Shown here piece by piece: positions 20,246 through 31,352 of a stretch of DNA of 32,637 nucleotides. Position numbers and translations under genes: made by a program. The DNA comes from Barthelona sp. PAP020 (Eukaryota). Under the pieces are notes generated by a model. It was given only the letters and a program-made list of their open reading frames with translations. It was not told the DNA's origin and did not search any database. The stretch's first letter is position 1; each line of letters starts with the position of its first letter. The DNA lies in NCBI GenBank assembly GCA_040182905.1, contig JARQWU010000101.1, positions 1 through 32,637 on the forward strand, read 5' to 3'.

Positions 20246-20423
20246 GTTTAATTCAACCGAAAAGAAGCTTCAAAAGTAGATTTAAATGAATGAACTTCAA
20301 ATTTAGTGTTTGGTTTTTTGTATATTTTATGTAAATAGGTAGTCTTTGTTTTATTTTGAAATTGGGGTTTTTGAGGAACTTCATTAAAATCTGTTTTTTT
20401 TTTCTTTATTAAACCTCATAATT

Positions 20424-21047
20424 ATGAATAATAACTTGAATAACATTGAAATTGAAGAAAATGAAAACGTTTATGAAAACGATGAACATGATGAATCACC
20501 TCTAATTCACAATTTTGAAGAGGCAGAAAGTATTGAAAATTATAGCGACAATGGGTGCAACAATGAGGGTGGACCAATTTCTCAAAGTAGATGTCCAATT
20601 TGTTTCGAGAATTTTACAAATCCTGTTGTGACGCTTTGTGGACATTGTTATTGTTTTGATTGTCTTCGTAATAGTCTCAAATATTCATGTAAATGCCCTC
20701 TTTGTGAGAGAAGTATTGATCTTGATAAAGTAATTACTGTTTATAATGTTGGAAATGCTGATGAAAATGCTTCTGACAGACCATTTCACAACATTCCTCC
20801 AGAACAAACATCCCAAAATAATGATAACCAAAGATCACATTTTACGACATACACCAGTTTTTCTTGGCCTTTTGGATTTTATAGAACACAATACAGATCA
20901 GATAGAAACTATACAGATGAAGAAATTCGACGTATGTCGAGACAAAGGATTTTTTTTGTTGTTATTATTGTTATTATTTTAATATTTTTACAATTTATGC
21001 TTCCTAACACCTCTTCTTTTACTTTTTATACTTTTGGACCTTTTTGA
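20424..21047 (+). CDS. C3HC4 RING finger protein with C-terminal TM anchor (RNF5/RNF185/RMA1-like)
   Basis: CPIC...PVVTLCGHCYCFDCL...CPLC...KVITVY, with a hydrophobic C-terminal helix. Confidence 0.85.
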   Translation: MNNNLNNIEIEENENVYENDEHDESPLIHNFEEAESIENYSDNGCNNEGGPISQSRCPICFENFTNPVVTLCGHCYCFDCLRNSLKYSCKCPLCERSIDLDKVITVYNVGNADENASDRPFHNIPPEQTSQNNDNQRSHFTTYTSFSWPFGFYRTQYRSDRNYTDEEIRRMSRQRIFFVVIIVIILIFLQFMLPNTSSFTFYTFGPF

Positions 21048-21206
21048 TTCTTTTTAAAGGAGAACACTTTTTTCAAACATGTAAATAATTTTTTATTTTT
21101 TTGTTCTTGTTGTTTTTACATGCAATAACAATTTCAACTGGTGAAACAATGAAAAAACAAATAAATTAGGGAAAAATTAAATTATTTTATTAATTTTCTT
21201 ATTTCA

Positions 21207-22594
21207 ATGATTCACGAACCAAAATCCAAGCAAGCATCTTGGTTAAGATTATTTTGTTTGTCTTCAATCAATTTATCTGTTCAATTTGGATGTATTTAAT
21301 TTGATAATTAAAAACTAATTATTCAGTTGCATTATCTTTATTATTTGTTGTTTCGTACCAAAAAACAGTTGTTAAATTACCCGATTCTTTGGCCATTTTT
21401 TCTTCAATATCTGGACCTGCTTGTGGTTTATTAATTGCACCAATTATTGCTCAGATGTCTGACAATTCTAAAAATACGTGGGGAAAACGCCGTCCTTATT
21501 TATTATTTGGATTGGTAACTTCAATTATTGGATGTGTGATTACTGGTGTTGTTCAACCTGTTAAGGATCTTTGGGGTGTCAGAGCTACTGCTGTATCAGT
21601 TTTTTTTGGTAATTTTGTTCTAAATATTGGTTTAAATTGTATTATGACCCCAGCTAGAGCTTTATTGGGTGATGTTTTAGATAAAAGCGAAGAAGAACAA
21701 ACTAGAGCTAATACTCTGATTGCTATTATGTGTGGTGTTGCTGTAATGTGTACAAATTTTATTTCTTATAAAATGGGTGAAAATATGGACTTATCCAGAT
21801 TTATGGCTTTAGCATTTGGAGTTGGCGCAATAGTAATTGGTGCTTTTGGTATGATTACTATTATTATCGGAAAAGAAGATAATCCTCAAGACAGTTTTGG
21901 TGGTATAGATGAAGAATTAACTCAAGCCAATGATCTTAAACCTGGATTAAAGAGGGCTATTAGAATAGCCCCCAAATCAGTATGGTTATTAACACTATGT
22001 TTGTTTTTTACTTGGGTTGGATTTTATCCAGTGCAACTTGAATGTACTGCATGGTTAGGATTCAGAAAAGGATCTTTGGGATTGTTTTTCTTGGGTATTG
22101 GAACTACTTTAGCCGCAATACTTACACCCATTACTCAAAGAAAATATTCTGGCAAGCTCATTTTTGTTGTGTCAAATGTTTTTTGTGCTTTTGGGCTCAT
22201 TGGATCAGTTTTGGTGCCTCAAGAATCATTAGATTATGCTTGTCTTGTTTTGGTAGGATTTGCTTTTTCTGCAATGAACTCAATTCCTTTTGCCATTTTA
22301 CCTCAATTGGTTTCAAGTGATCTTGGATCTTTCAATGCTTTATTAAATACTGCTTTGGTTACGGGACAAACTGTTGATATTTTAGTTACTGGTGTTCTTA
22401 GTCAAGTAATTGGAGATTACATTAAGGCTCATGGAAGTTTCTTGGGTAGAACAAATGCTTTAGATTTTTGTATGTTATGGGGTTCTATTTGGTCTATTGT
22501 TGCTGCTTTTGTTGGAAATATGATAAAAGTTCAACCAGTTCAGGAGATGGGAGAAAACACATTATTGTTAACGGAAGAGGATCACATTGTTTAA
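21207..22594 (+). CDS. MFS/GPH sugar transporter (SUC/SLC45-like); exons 21207-21291 and 21327-22594
   Basis: Splicing out the 35-nt intron restores the frame and gives MIHEPK...VQFGFAL (compare QFGWAL), then GP..GL.I.P, MSD...WGKRRPY and PARALLGD. Confidence 0.88.
21292..21326 (+). other. 35-nt spliceosomal intron
   Basis: GTATTT...ACTAATTATTCAG; removal joins the upstream ATG exon in frame with the 21389 ORF. Confidence 0.88.
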
Positions 22595-22776
22595 TTTATT
22601 TTTAATATATAAAGAACTTTTTTTTTTTTTGATAATTTGGAATGACTTATTGTTGGTGATGAAAAAGAAAACCAAACTAAATAGAAAGAAAAAAATGTGT
22701 TCCTATGTACATGTGTATACACATACACAAAAACTGATTATTTACAAATTACAAAAAAGAAATTGAAAAAATTAAA

Positions 22777-23691
22777 CTACAACTCGGTAAAATCAATATT
22801 TCCTCTAAAAGGTCGTATAAAGGAAGGTTTAGGATTATAACCAAATCTTAATTTTTCTAAAGTAGTTCTTTTAAATAGAATATAAATACCTAACGCAAGC
22901 AAGATAAAAACCAAAGCTAAAAACAATCCAATAAAATCTTGAGCTTCCTTTCGCTGGATTGCTGTTATTTCTGTTAACTTATTAAGCACAACAGAATGGG
23001 GTGTAGTCAACTGATAAATCATAACAAACCTATTTTTATCATATTTGACATCATCCGTGGAATTTGCGAAAAAATACATTCCTGGATGTCCATTGTCCAA
23101 AAACAATTCTTCTTTCCCATGACGTTTCCGTTTGGACAAAACAGTCGTACATATAGAAGCATTCAATGCTTCTTCAATCATCAAAGACGATATGTATGAA
23201 TGTTTATTATTATATTCAGTTGTACATTGATACAAACTGAATGTAACATTAAAATGCGCATAATCCACTTCACCAAATTCAATAGAAAGCATATCATAAA
23301 CATGACTCACATATTTAAGGCTATTATATAACACCAACGAACGTCCATACCATTCTTTTACTTTGGAATTATATATTATACCAATACGAATATTTAAATA
23401 AGTGTCTTTATCATTTTTTAGAACAAAATCTGTTCCATTATAAATAGGATAATGGTCAATGTATTGAGCATATTTGATGATCTTGTCATTGAAATGTAAT
23501 TGAACATCAGAACTATTGCATTGAATTGTGAGATACCCATAATCTTGACCAACTAAGTTAACTACAGCATGAAAATTAACTTCTCCTTTGGGTGTTAAAA
23601 CATAATGCCTTGCTGATATATCAACAATATTAATTGAACATCGAATGATATTCAACAAGATTATCCACAATAATAAATAACTAAATCGCAT
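22777..23691 (-). CDS. Single-pass type I membrane protein of unknown function
   Basis: N-terminal signal-peptide-like segment, one TM helix near the C-terminus and a short basic tail. Confidence 0.75.
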   Translation of the reverse strand: MRFSYLLLWIILLNIIRCSINIVDISARHYVLTPKGEVNFHAVVNLVGQDYGYLTIQCNSSDVQLHFNDKIIKYAQYIDHYPIYNGTDFVLKNDKDTYLNIRIGIIYNSKVKEWYGRSLVLYNSLKYVSHVYDMLSIEFGEVDYAHFNVTFSLYQCTTEYNNKHSYISSLMIEEALNASICTTVLSKRKRHGKEELFLDNGHPGMYFFANSTDDVKYDKNRFVMIYQLTTPHSVVLNKLTEITAIQRKEAQDFIGLFLALVFILLALGIYILFKRTTLEKLRFGYNPKPSFIRPFRGNIDFTEL

Positions 23692-23889
23692 TTTAACCCA
23701 AAAAATATTATATTATTCAACAAATGAAATAAAAAAAAATGAATCCAAAGAAAAAACATTGAAACTATTCTTAAAACTGGATTTTTTATGAATATTTTAA
23801 TTCATTGGTACAAATTAAATTGCTGAATTAACGACAAAAAACCAATAAAAAAATATCTACAATAATATTTTTTTCAAATTTGAGATTCT

Positions 23890-25215
23890 ATGGATCAAAA
23901 ACAAAAAGCGGAAGCTACAAAAGCTTTTGTTGAAGAAAGAATACGTAATTTAATGAGAGATACTGCTTCAAGAGCCGTTCGAAGAAAACAATTTGAAGAA
24001 ACAACAGAAAATCTGTCTGATGAAGAAAAGGCCAATCGATTAAAAGAATTTTCAGAACATGAAACAGATTTATTGAGAATGAAAAGAGTTGCTTTAACTC
24101 CCAATGACTTTATTCACATTGAAACCATTGGACGTGGTGCTTTCGGTGAAGTTTCTTTGGTAAGATACAAAGCTGATAATGAATTATATGCATTAAAATT
24201 AGTTTCAAAGAAAAAAATGTTAAAAAAAGGACATATTACTCATTTAAGGGCTGAAAAAGAAATTATGGCTGCTAGTGAATGCATTTGGTTGACCAAATTA
24301 ATCGCATCCTTTCAAGATGATGATTATTTGTATTTGATCATGGAATATGCACCTGGTGGAGATCTCATGAGTTTATTAATAAGAGAAGAAACTTTAGAAG
24401 AAAATGTTGTGAAAATTTTCATGGCAGAATTAATTTTAGCCATTGATGAAGTTCATAACTTGGCGTTTATTCATCGTGATTTGAAACCTGATAATATTCT
24501 TATTGATCGAAATGGACATCTTAAATTGACTGATTTTGGGTTATCTACCCAAGGAGCTAATGATTTGCAACCTTCCAAACTATACCAAAAATTACTTGCT
24601 GAGAACAATCTTTTGGAGGATATTAACCTTGATGATGAGAATCATATTGACAATGACAAAGTTTCACCTAATGACAATGCTATTCAAGATTGGAGATCTC
24701 AAATGAGAGCTCTAGCAAGGTCAGCTGTTGGAACTCCTGATTTTGCTGCTCCTGAAGTTCTGTTAAGAAAACCTTACGATCATACAGTTGATTGGTGGGC
24801 TTTAGGTGTTATTATGTTCGAATGTTTGTATGGGTATGCTCCTTTCTTTGCCAACACTCCTGTGGAAACTTGTAGAAAAATTGTTCATTTTAAGAAATAC
24901 CTGAATTTACCTTCTTCTCCAAAAACATCTCCCGAAGCTCAACATTTAATTAAATCTTTGTTACGTGGTCCAAGAAGAAGATTAGGCAGAAATGGTGTGG
25001 AAGAAATTAAAAGTCATCCGTTTTTTGAAGGCATTGATTGGGGAAAACTTGGTGAAGGAAGAGGTCCTTTCAATGTTGAATTACGTAATGAATTGGATAC
25101 CAGCAATTTTGATGAATTATTACCACCTCAAGAAGAAGAAGAAGATGATGATGATGAATCATGGAGGGAATTAAGTGAAATATTCTTTAAAGGTTATGAT
25201 TTCCGTAGAAAATAG
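23890..25215 (+). CDS. NDR/LATS-family AGC Ser/Thr kinase
   Basis: N-terminal MOB-binding-like region (ETDLLRMKR), GRGAFGEV, HRDLKPDN, DFGLS, long insert before SAVGTPDFAAPE, and hydrophobic motif FKGYDF. Confidence 0.95.
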   Translation: MDQKQKAEATKAFVEERIRNLMRDTASRAVRRKQFEETTENLSDEEKANRLKEFSEHETDLLRMKRVALTPNDFIHIETIGRGAFGEVSLVRYKADNELYALKLVSKKKMLKKGHITHLRAEKEIMAASECIWLTKLIASFQDDDYLYLIMEYAPGGDLMSLLIREETLEENVVKIFMAELILAIDEVHNLAFIHRDLKPDNILIDRNGHLKLTDFGLSTQGANDLQPSKLYQKLLAENNLLEDINLDDENHIDNDKVSPNDNAIQDWRSQMRALARSAVGTPDFAAPEVLLRKPYDHTVDWWALGVIMFECLYGYAPFFANTPVETCRKIVHFKKYLNLPSSPKTSPEAQHLIKSLLRGPRRRLGRNGVEEIKSHPFFEGIDWGKLGEGRGPFNVELRNELDTSNFDELLPPQEEEEDDDDESWRELSEIFFKGYDFRRK

Positions 25216-25322
25216 TCAATTTTAAATATTTTTCGAACTATTTCTTTTGTAAAGATCTTTTTTTTTTGTTTCTTGAACGTTTTCCAAAGGTCTTTAATTT
25301 CTGGTTGATTCCTGATGTGAAA

Positions 25323-25855
25323 TTGCTACCAAAAACTTAAAATTTTATGGCTCACGAAAAAGTGCGATTGGATGTTAGAAATAAAAAACATCCCAATATT
25401 CTCAGTTAATGACATACTTGAGTTTATTTTTGTTTTCAAGTAGAATTATTTCGTCTCAGATTATGAGACAATGAAATTATTAATGCTGCATAGCTGATAG
25501 AGAAAAAAAGGGTTCGTTTTAGCAAATGGCAGAAGTGTTTGCTTTTTTCATAAATTTAAAAGACTTTTATTTTTATGTTAACCCATCACGTTGGGGTTTG
25601 GTATAGTTAGAAGTTTTCAATGACGAAGATTTTGGGATGTTCGACGCCTAAAAAAAAAAATGCGACCTAAAGGATTAAATTCAGTATTCTTGAAGTAAAG
25701 AATTATTCTTGTTGACGTTATCTCTATGTTTGGAGTCTTATTTGGAATTTCTTTGACTTTTGCCGAACTCTCCGAGTAATGCTTGTATCTTAACTACTGT
25801 CCTATATGTGGGTTATACATGTCTTATTTATGAAAATGTTTGTAAAATCTTTGCC
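25323..25855 (+). ncRNA. Unassigned large structured RNA candidate B
   Basis: 5' multibranch domain: 25323-28/25520-25, 25370-76/25387-93, 25402-08/25491-97, 25415-22/25435-42, 25453-58/25464-69. Colinear rod: 25528-33/25850-55, 25545-55/25826-36, 25560-64/25821-25, 25575-86/25808-20, 25604-10/25790-96. G-U pairs favour the + strand. Confidence 0.55.
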
Positions 25856-25976
25856 TTTTATTTTTATTTTTCAAAATATTTATCTTCACTTTGAAAGAAA
25901 TAAAATCAAACAAAAAAACTTTTTTTCTCGGACTATATTTTATAAAAACAACAATTTTGAAAGAAAAAACAAAAAA

Positions 25977-26678
25977 TCATGCAACTTCTTTTTCAAGGTT
26001 ATCACTGTTGTTTTTTGACAAACTAACTTGACTCAGTTCGTATTGAAAACTCCAATTTAGAATGATAACAGGTAATATTAATAAATATTGAATTAATCCT
26101 CCAATGGAATGCTTAAAGTTATCAACAACACCATTAGGAACCACAGTAAAACCAAATCCAGCAGTAATACTAGCTAAAACTAATGCAATGCACCAAATAA
26201 TACATGAAACCAATCTTGCCTTTCTAACAAATGCAGAAACTAGATTTTTTGAAATAAAATATGTTGAAAAACATTGTATACCAGCAGAAATAAAAAAAAT
26301 TAAAGAGACTAATCGATGAAAATCAAAAGACAATGCAGGATTCAAAGGCACAGATCCAATCATTGATAAACAAATACAAGTAAAAATGCCAAGATATAAC
26401 AATAATTTAGAATGTAAACAATAATAATAAATAATAAAATAATAAAAAATGAATATGGTAGCACACAATAATAAACCAGTTACAAAAAAGGAATTTGAGG
26501 GTTCTTGTTGTGCAATACCGGTTTCACTCAAATATGGAAAATAAAATCCATTCGGTTCATGTTTAACACAAAATATTACTACTGCTCCAACACAACAAAA
26601 CAATGTGAGAAATATTGATACACTTACTGATTTGCTTAAAAATGACTCTTTGTTTTCTTTGTTAAATGGACAAAACAT
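25977..26678 (-). CDS. Frag1/DRAM/Sfk1 (TMEM150-like) membrane protein
   Basis: FPYLSETG...EPS..FF motif after TM1, a conserved His (FHRLVS) and about 6 TM helices. Confidence 0.8.
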   Translation of the reverse strand: MFCPFNKENKESFLSKSVSVSIFLTLFCCVGAVVIFCVKHEPNGFYFPYLSETGIAQQEPSNSFFVTGLLLCATIFIFYYFIIYYYCLHSKLLLYLGIFTCICLSMIGSVPLNPALSFDFHRLVSLIFFISAGIQCFSTYFISKNLVSAFVRKARLVSCIIWCIALVLASITAGFGFTVVPNGVVDNFKHSIGGLIQYLLILPVIILNWSFQYELSQVSLSKNNSDNLEKEVA

Positions 26679-26874
26679 GTTATTTCAAAATAAAAATAAA
26701 AAGGGGGGAAATTTGTCCTGCTTTTGCAAAGAAAAAATTCCTGCAAAAAATGTTTGCTATTTACAAATTAAAAAATAAAACCAATAACATTCAAAAAAAT
26801 AAATGAAAAAATCCTTCAAAGGATTGTTTCCAGGCAAGTACAAAATTACTTTTCTTTCCATATTTTTTTAACCA

Positions 26875-28812
26875 ATGTCCTTAGTTGCAGAAAATTCCGT
26901 GATTAATTGTGTCTTTTTGTTGAAAGAAGCGGAATACATTGATTTAAATGGAGATTTTATTCGTGCCCAATATTTGTATAGTGACGCAATCGAAACATTA
27001 AGAATATTTCAACAACAATTCGGTCCAGATATTCAATCTACAATAATGACGACTTGTTTATATTATCAAGGAAGATTGAATTTATTTTATTCAGATTATA
27101 TTCCACCTCTAATACCATACAATAATCCAAATTTTAACAATTTATGTTTTGAAATTTTAAGAGAATTAAATAATAAATTTTTACTGATGGTTAAACAAAA
27201 AGAAGATGTAACACAGGTTAAATTGACTTTTTGTCATCAATTGATTGAAACAATCATATTTTTATTGAATAAACATAAAACATGTCCGCAATTTTCACCA
27301 TTAGTTAAATCTACCGAAATTCAATTATCAAAGATTTGTGCTACATTATTGTCTTTTTATGAGCAAAACACTTTAAATTTACCAAAACCAAGTTTAAATG
27401 TTTTAGATGATCAAGAAAAGATGATTATTGAACATCATCAAAATTATGTACTTTGGAATGAAAATATTGAAAAAAATTGGAGTTCTCAAAGGGTATCCGC
27501 GTTTACAGATAATGTTACTGAATTATTGGTAAAAAATCTTCCAGAAACAAATTTGATACGTACAAGAAATATTTTCAGTAAAGTTACTCCTCTTCAAGTT
27601 GTAAATATTAGGAGTCCAAGAACTTTAGTTAATATCGGTAGACCATTAAATAGTATACTTTCAATTTTGACTGTTGGAATGTTCTTTGAACAAACGCATC
27701 ACAAGAGAATTGTTTCACAATTATTATATCCTCAACAAAATACCTTACCTTGTGTATCCAAAAGTGGTGAATATCATGTTAAATTGAGATATAATGGTTG
27801 TCAACGTCAAATTATTATTGATGATAGGATTCCATGTTTTGGCGGATCATTTTCTCAAGATATCGTTAAAACACCGGCTGGAATATTTTCCAAGATTCCA
27901 GGAGAGTTATGGCCTTTATTGTTGGAGAAAGCTTGCTCAATTTTACTGTCAAATTATCAAACTACTTGGAATTATATTCCAACTTTATTTTCTGCTTTGT
28001 ATAAATGGTTTCCAACAGAATATTCAATTGATGATATTGATGTGATGAATTTTAAAACGAAGTTTGATAATGACGATATCTTATTAATCTTAGAAACTCC
28101 ATCTTTGTCTACAACTAGAGAACATGAATTAGGATTGTTTTCCAAACAAGGTTATCCAGTATTAGGCATACGAACCATCAAAGGGGTGCCAATTTTTATT
28201 TTAAAAACACCTTCTTTAGCTATATACCCTTGTATTAGAGATCCTGTGCTTGAACAACAAGATGTTATCATGGAATTGAATCATACAATGAATCCTCATA
28301 CCAGAAGGTCTTCTTTCAAAGGTGATGGTCAAGAATTCTACATGAGTTGGCCAATTATTTCCCAAAATTTTTCAAGATTATACATGGCTGAAAGTGTTGA
28401 TGCCTTTAATTTTAAGGCAATTCATCATATTCGTTGTGTTAAAGGTGATATGAACAGAACTGCTCAAATACAAATTAAATTATTGACCAAAACATCTCAG
28501 ATAATGTGGATTCATATTTCAAAGCATATTCAAATCGATTTAGGTAACGAAAATTCATCTGCTGTTGGAACTTCAGTTTGGTTGGGTTCCAGAAATTCAA
28601 GATTTAGTCATGACGATGTCAATGATCCAATGATTTGGAAACAATCTTATGACAATGATCAATATGAAATAACCAAGAAAGTTTATTATAATCCAAAAGA
28701 TTTTGACAATATCATGCTTTCAATTGTTTCAGATCAAGTGATAAGTCAAAGTTATTCAATTTATATTTATGCGGATGCTCCTATTAAATCAATTTATGTT
28801 CATCCAAATTGA
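26875..28812 (+). CDS. Calpain-7/PalB-like protein, predicted catalytically inactive
   Basis: MIT-like N-terminus, GEYHVKLRYNGCQRQIIIDDRIP, ELWPLLLEKA, FYMSW and a domain III-like C-terminus; triad residues substituted. Confidence 0.8.
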   Translation: MSLVAENSVINCVFLLKEAEYIDLNGDFIRAQYLYSDAIETLRIFQQQFGPDIQSTIMTTCLYYQGRLNLFYSDYIPPLIPYNNPNFNNLCFEILRELNNKFLLMVKQKEDVTQVKLTFCHQLIETIIFLLNKHKTCPQFSPLVKSTEIQLSKICATLLSFYEQNTLNLPKPSLNVLDDQEKMIIEHHQNYVLWNENIEKNWSSQRVSAFTDNVTELLVKNLPETNLIRTRNIFSKVTPLQVVNIRSPRTLVNIGRPLNSILSILTVGMFFEQTHHKRIVSQLLYPQQNTLPCVSKSGEYHVKLRYNGCQRQIIIDDRIPCFGGSFSQDIVKTPAGIFSKIPGELWPLLLEKACSILLSNYQTTWNYIPTLFSALYKWFPTEYSIDDIDVMNFKTKFDNDDILLILETPSLSTTREHELGLFSKQGYPVLGIRTIKGVPIFILKTPSLAIYPCIRDPVLEQQDVIMELNHTMNPHTRRSSFKGDGQEFYMSWPIISQNFSRLYMAESVDAFNFKAIHHIRCVKGDMNRTAQIQIKLLTKTSQIMWIHISKHIQIDLGNENSSAVGTSVWLGSRNSRFSHDDVNDPMIWKQSYDNDQYEITKKVYYNPKDFDNIMLSIVSDQVISQSYSIYIYADAPIKSIYVHPN

Positions 28813-28990
28813 AATTAAAATCTTCTACTTCAATCTTCTGTAATTATTCTAAATAAATTTCATTTTTTTTATTTTTTAGACCATTGCTATTGTTTTGTGA
28901 ATTTTTAATGTTTTTCCTGTTAGCATTCTTTGAAATGTTCATTGATGATTTGTGGACTTTTATTTCAAATAATAAACACTTTTATTCATT

Positions 28991-31352
28991 TTACAAATTG
29001 CCTACATTTTTTACATAGCCAGAACAAAACTTAACAGCTTGAGAAAACGTAAATGAATCTGTACCATCTTTATCAGCTTCATTGATTAAATAAGCCACAT
29101 CATGATCCGATAATTCATTATCAATCAATCTTAACAATTGATCAAATTGATTTACGTCCAAAACTCCATGGTTATTTTGATCAACGCTATAGAATAGTTC
29201 TCTAAACTTGGCTAAATACTCATAATGTTGCTTTAATTGCCAATTCAACAAAATTTCCATAAACTTATCGAAAGGTACTTTTGTTTTCTCTTCTTCAGGT
29301 AGTAATCCCATCTTAGCCATAACATTATTAAGTTTACCAACTTTTTGCAAATGTTTTGAACGAATTTTTTGTGATTCACTTAAATAATCTCTTCTAACAT
29401 TATGTTGTTGTTCTCCTGTGGCCTGAGATATTCTTTCACTCCAATACTCACTAACCAGAACATTAACAAGATTGATTAACTCAATAGCATGCTCATCATC
29501 ATAAATATCCTTTATAATACGCATCCAATATCTTTCTTTGATGACAGATAAAGATTCACTCAATAACTTATCAATATCAACATTTAATGCCATGGGATTA
29601 TCTTCCGTAATATACACTCTCAATAATTGTTCAACTGTGATCTTCAATTGATCCTGAACGTCCTTAAAATCTTCATCTATTTGATTCAACCGAATCTGTT
29701 CAAATACAGCAACATCACTACTTTCAGATCTAAATTTTTCTATTGCTCCATTTAAAGCTTGAAGATTCTGCTTAATAATAAAAGGTAAACCATATTTAGC
29801 TGTAAAAAAGTCTTGTAAATGTCGATTCATTGTTAATAAAGGTTTTTGTGATCGTTTAGCTTTTTCATCTGCTTCTGCTTTACTTTCATATATTTCTTTT
29901 ATTAAATCTAGTGTTTGTCTCTTGGTTAATGTTTTGGCATAATGTCTTTTGTTTTTATTTGTGTATCCATAAGAATTAGCTTGAGTTTTACGCTCATTAT
30001 GATAAGCTTGTAATCCTTTCTTCTTATTACTTTTTAATGGTGTGGTTATTGTAACAGAAGAAGATATTGTTTGTTCATGATCATTTGAAGTGAGATATGT
30101 GGCATCTTGTGAGCTCATAATTGTTTTATGTTCATGATAACGTCTTTTTTCTTTATTTAACTTTTGTTGCAATAATATAACTTGTTTCTTCAATTGATCA
30201 ACCTCATTTTCATGTTGTTTATCTAATTCTATGATATGTCTTTCCAATTCTTTAACTCTATCAGACATTTCTTCAGTTTTTTGGGTTAAATCCTTGTCAA
30301 CATCGAATAATTGATCTTGATCATGTGCCATATGATCTAACTTTCCCTTTAATGATTTAACAATACTTTCGTGTTCAAAACGAGAATAACACATTAATTG
30401 ACGCATTTTTAAAACATTGGAATGTTGAATCCTTAAAATCTTTCGGAAATATTCTGCTAGATCTTCATTAGAATCTGCTAAAATATCACATAATATTTCC
30501 ATATCAATTGTATAAAAAGAATTACCAACAATTAATCCTTCAAATCTCTCAACTAATTTGTCAAACATCGCCATTTCAGGGTTTCTTTCTTCATCCAATT
30601 CAAGATCAGTCTTTATCTTTTGATATTGTTCATTGATAGTTTGTGCTTTTTGCTCAAAAGTATTGAATCCATCTTGTCTTAATTCTTGTGATTTATCTTT
30701 TCTTAAATATAGTATTTCATGTAAAAGACTAACAGAATCTGTTGAATCATTTTCAAATTCATCAACATCAAACACTTCTTTACCTAACAAAATTAAATCT
30801 TTCAAAGTTTTAATTTCCTCAGTCATCTCTGTGTCTGATTGATTATCTTCCTCATATTCTTCTTCAAATTCTTCTTCTTCTTCTTCATTTTCAACCATTG
30901 AATTGGTGAGATTTTCAAGATGTTCAGCTCCAATATCTTCACAATCAGGTAAATAATCACCATTTACAGAATATAAACCAGGTATACTTTCAATTTCATT
31001 CAAATATTTTGAAGAAAGATTGCTACCATAATCCAAATCCAACCAAATATGTTTCAAATTTGGTAAACTCTTAAAAATACTTATTAAATCTTCAATATTC
31101 TCAACATGATTTCCAACTAAATTGATAGCTTCAACATTTTTGATTTCACTCAAAGATATTGGGATTTGTGGAACATTACATTCAGATAAATCAATAAACT
31201 ATTTTGAATTAGTTAAATCTTAATAATTAAAGATAAAATACCTTCAAATTGGGAAATTTCCCCAGTTCAATTATTATTTCTTCAAATTCAGTTGAGTCAA
31301 CTTCTGGTATCGCAATTCCAACGGAATAAAATTGTTCTCTAATAATTTCCAT
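28991..31352 (-). CDS. LRR + coiled-coil + C-terminal EF-hand protein; exons 31352-31242 and 31198-28991
   Basis: ATG at 31352, a 37-codon first exon, and a 43-nt intron whose removal restores the frame (FPNLK|FIDLSECN, an LRR). Also KEIYESK...KYGL region and DQNNHGVLD and DKDGTDSFTF EF-hands. Confidence 0.85.
31199..31241 (-). other. 43-nt spliceosomal intron
   Basis: Minus strand reads GTATTT...ACTAATTCAAAATAG; phase 0, in-frame join. Confidence 0.88.

Noticed and set aside
20246..20338. Possible third abutting intron (GTTTAA...AAATAG)
   Set aside because: No CTAAY branch point and no snoRNA boxes; more likely the terminal exon.
22656..22737. GTGATGA...CTGA spaced like a C/D snoRNA
   Set aside because: The region before the D box is low-complexity (ACACAAAAA) with no recognisable target, and it lies in convergent 3' UTRs.
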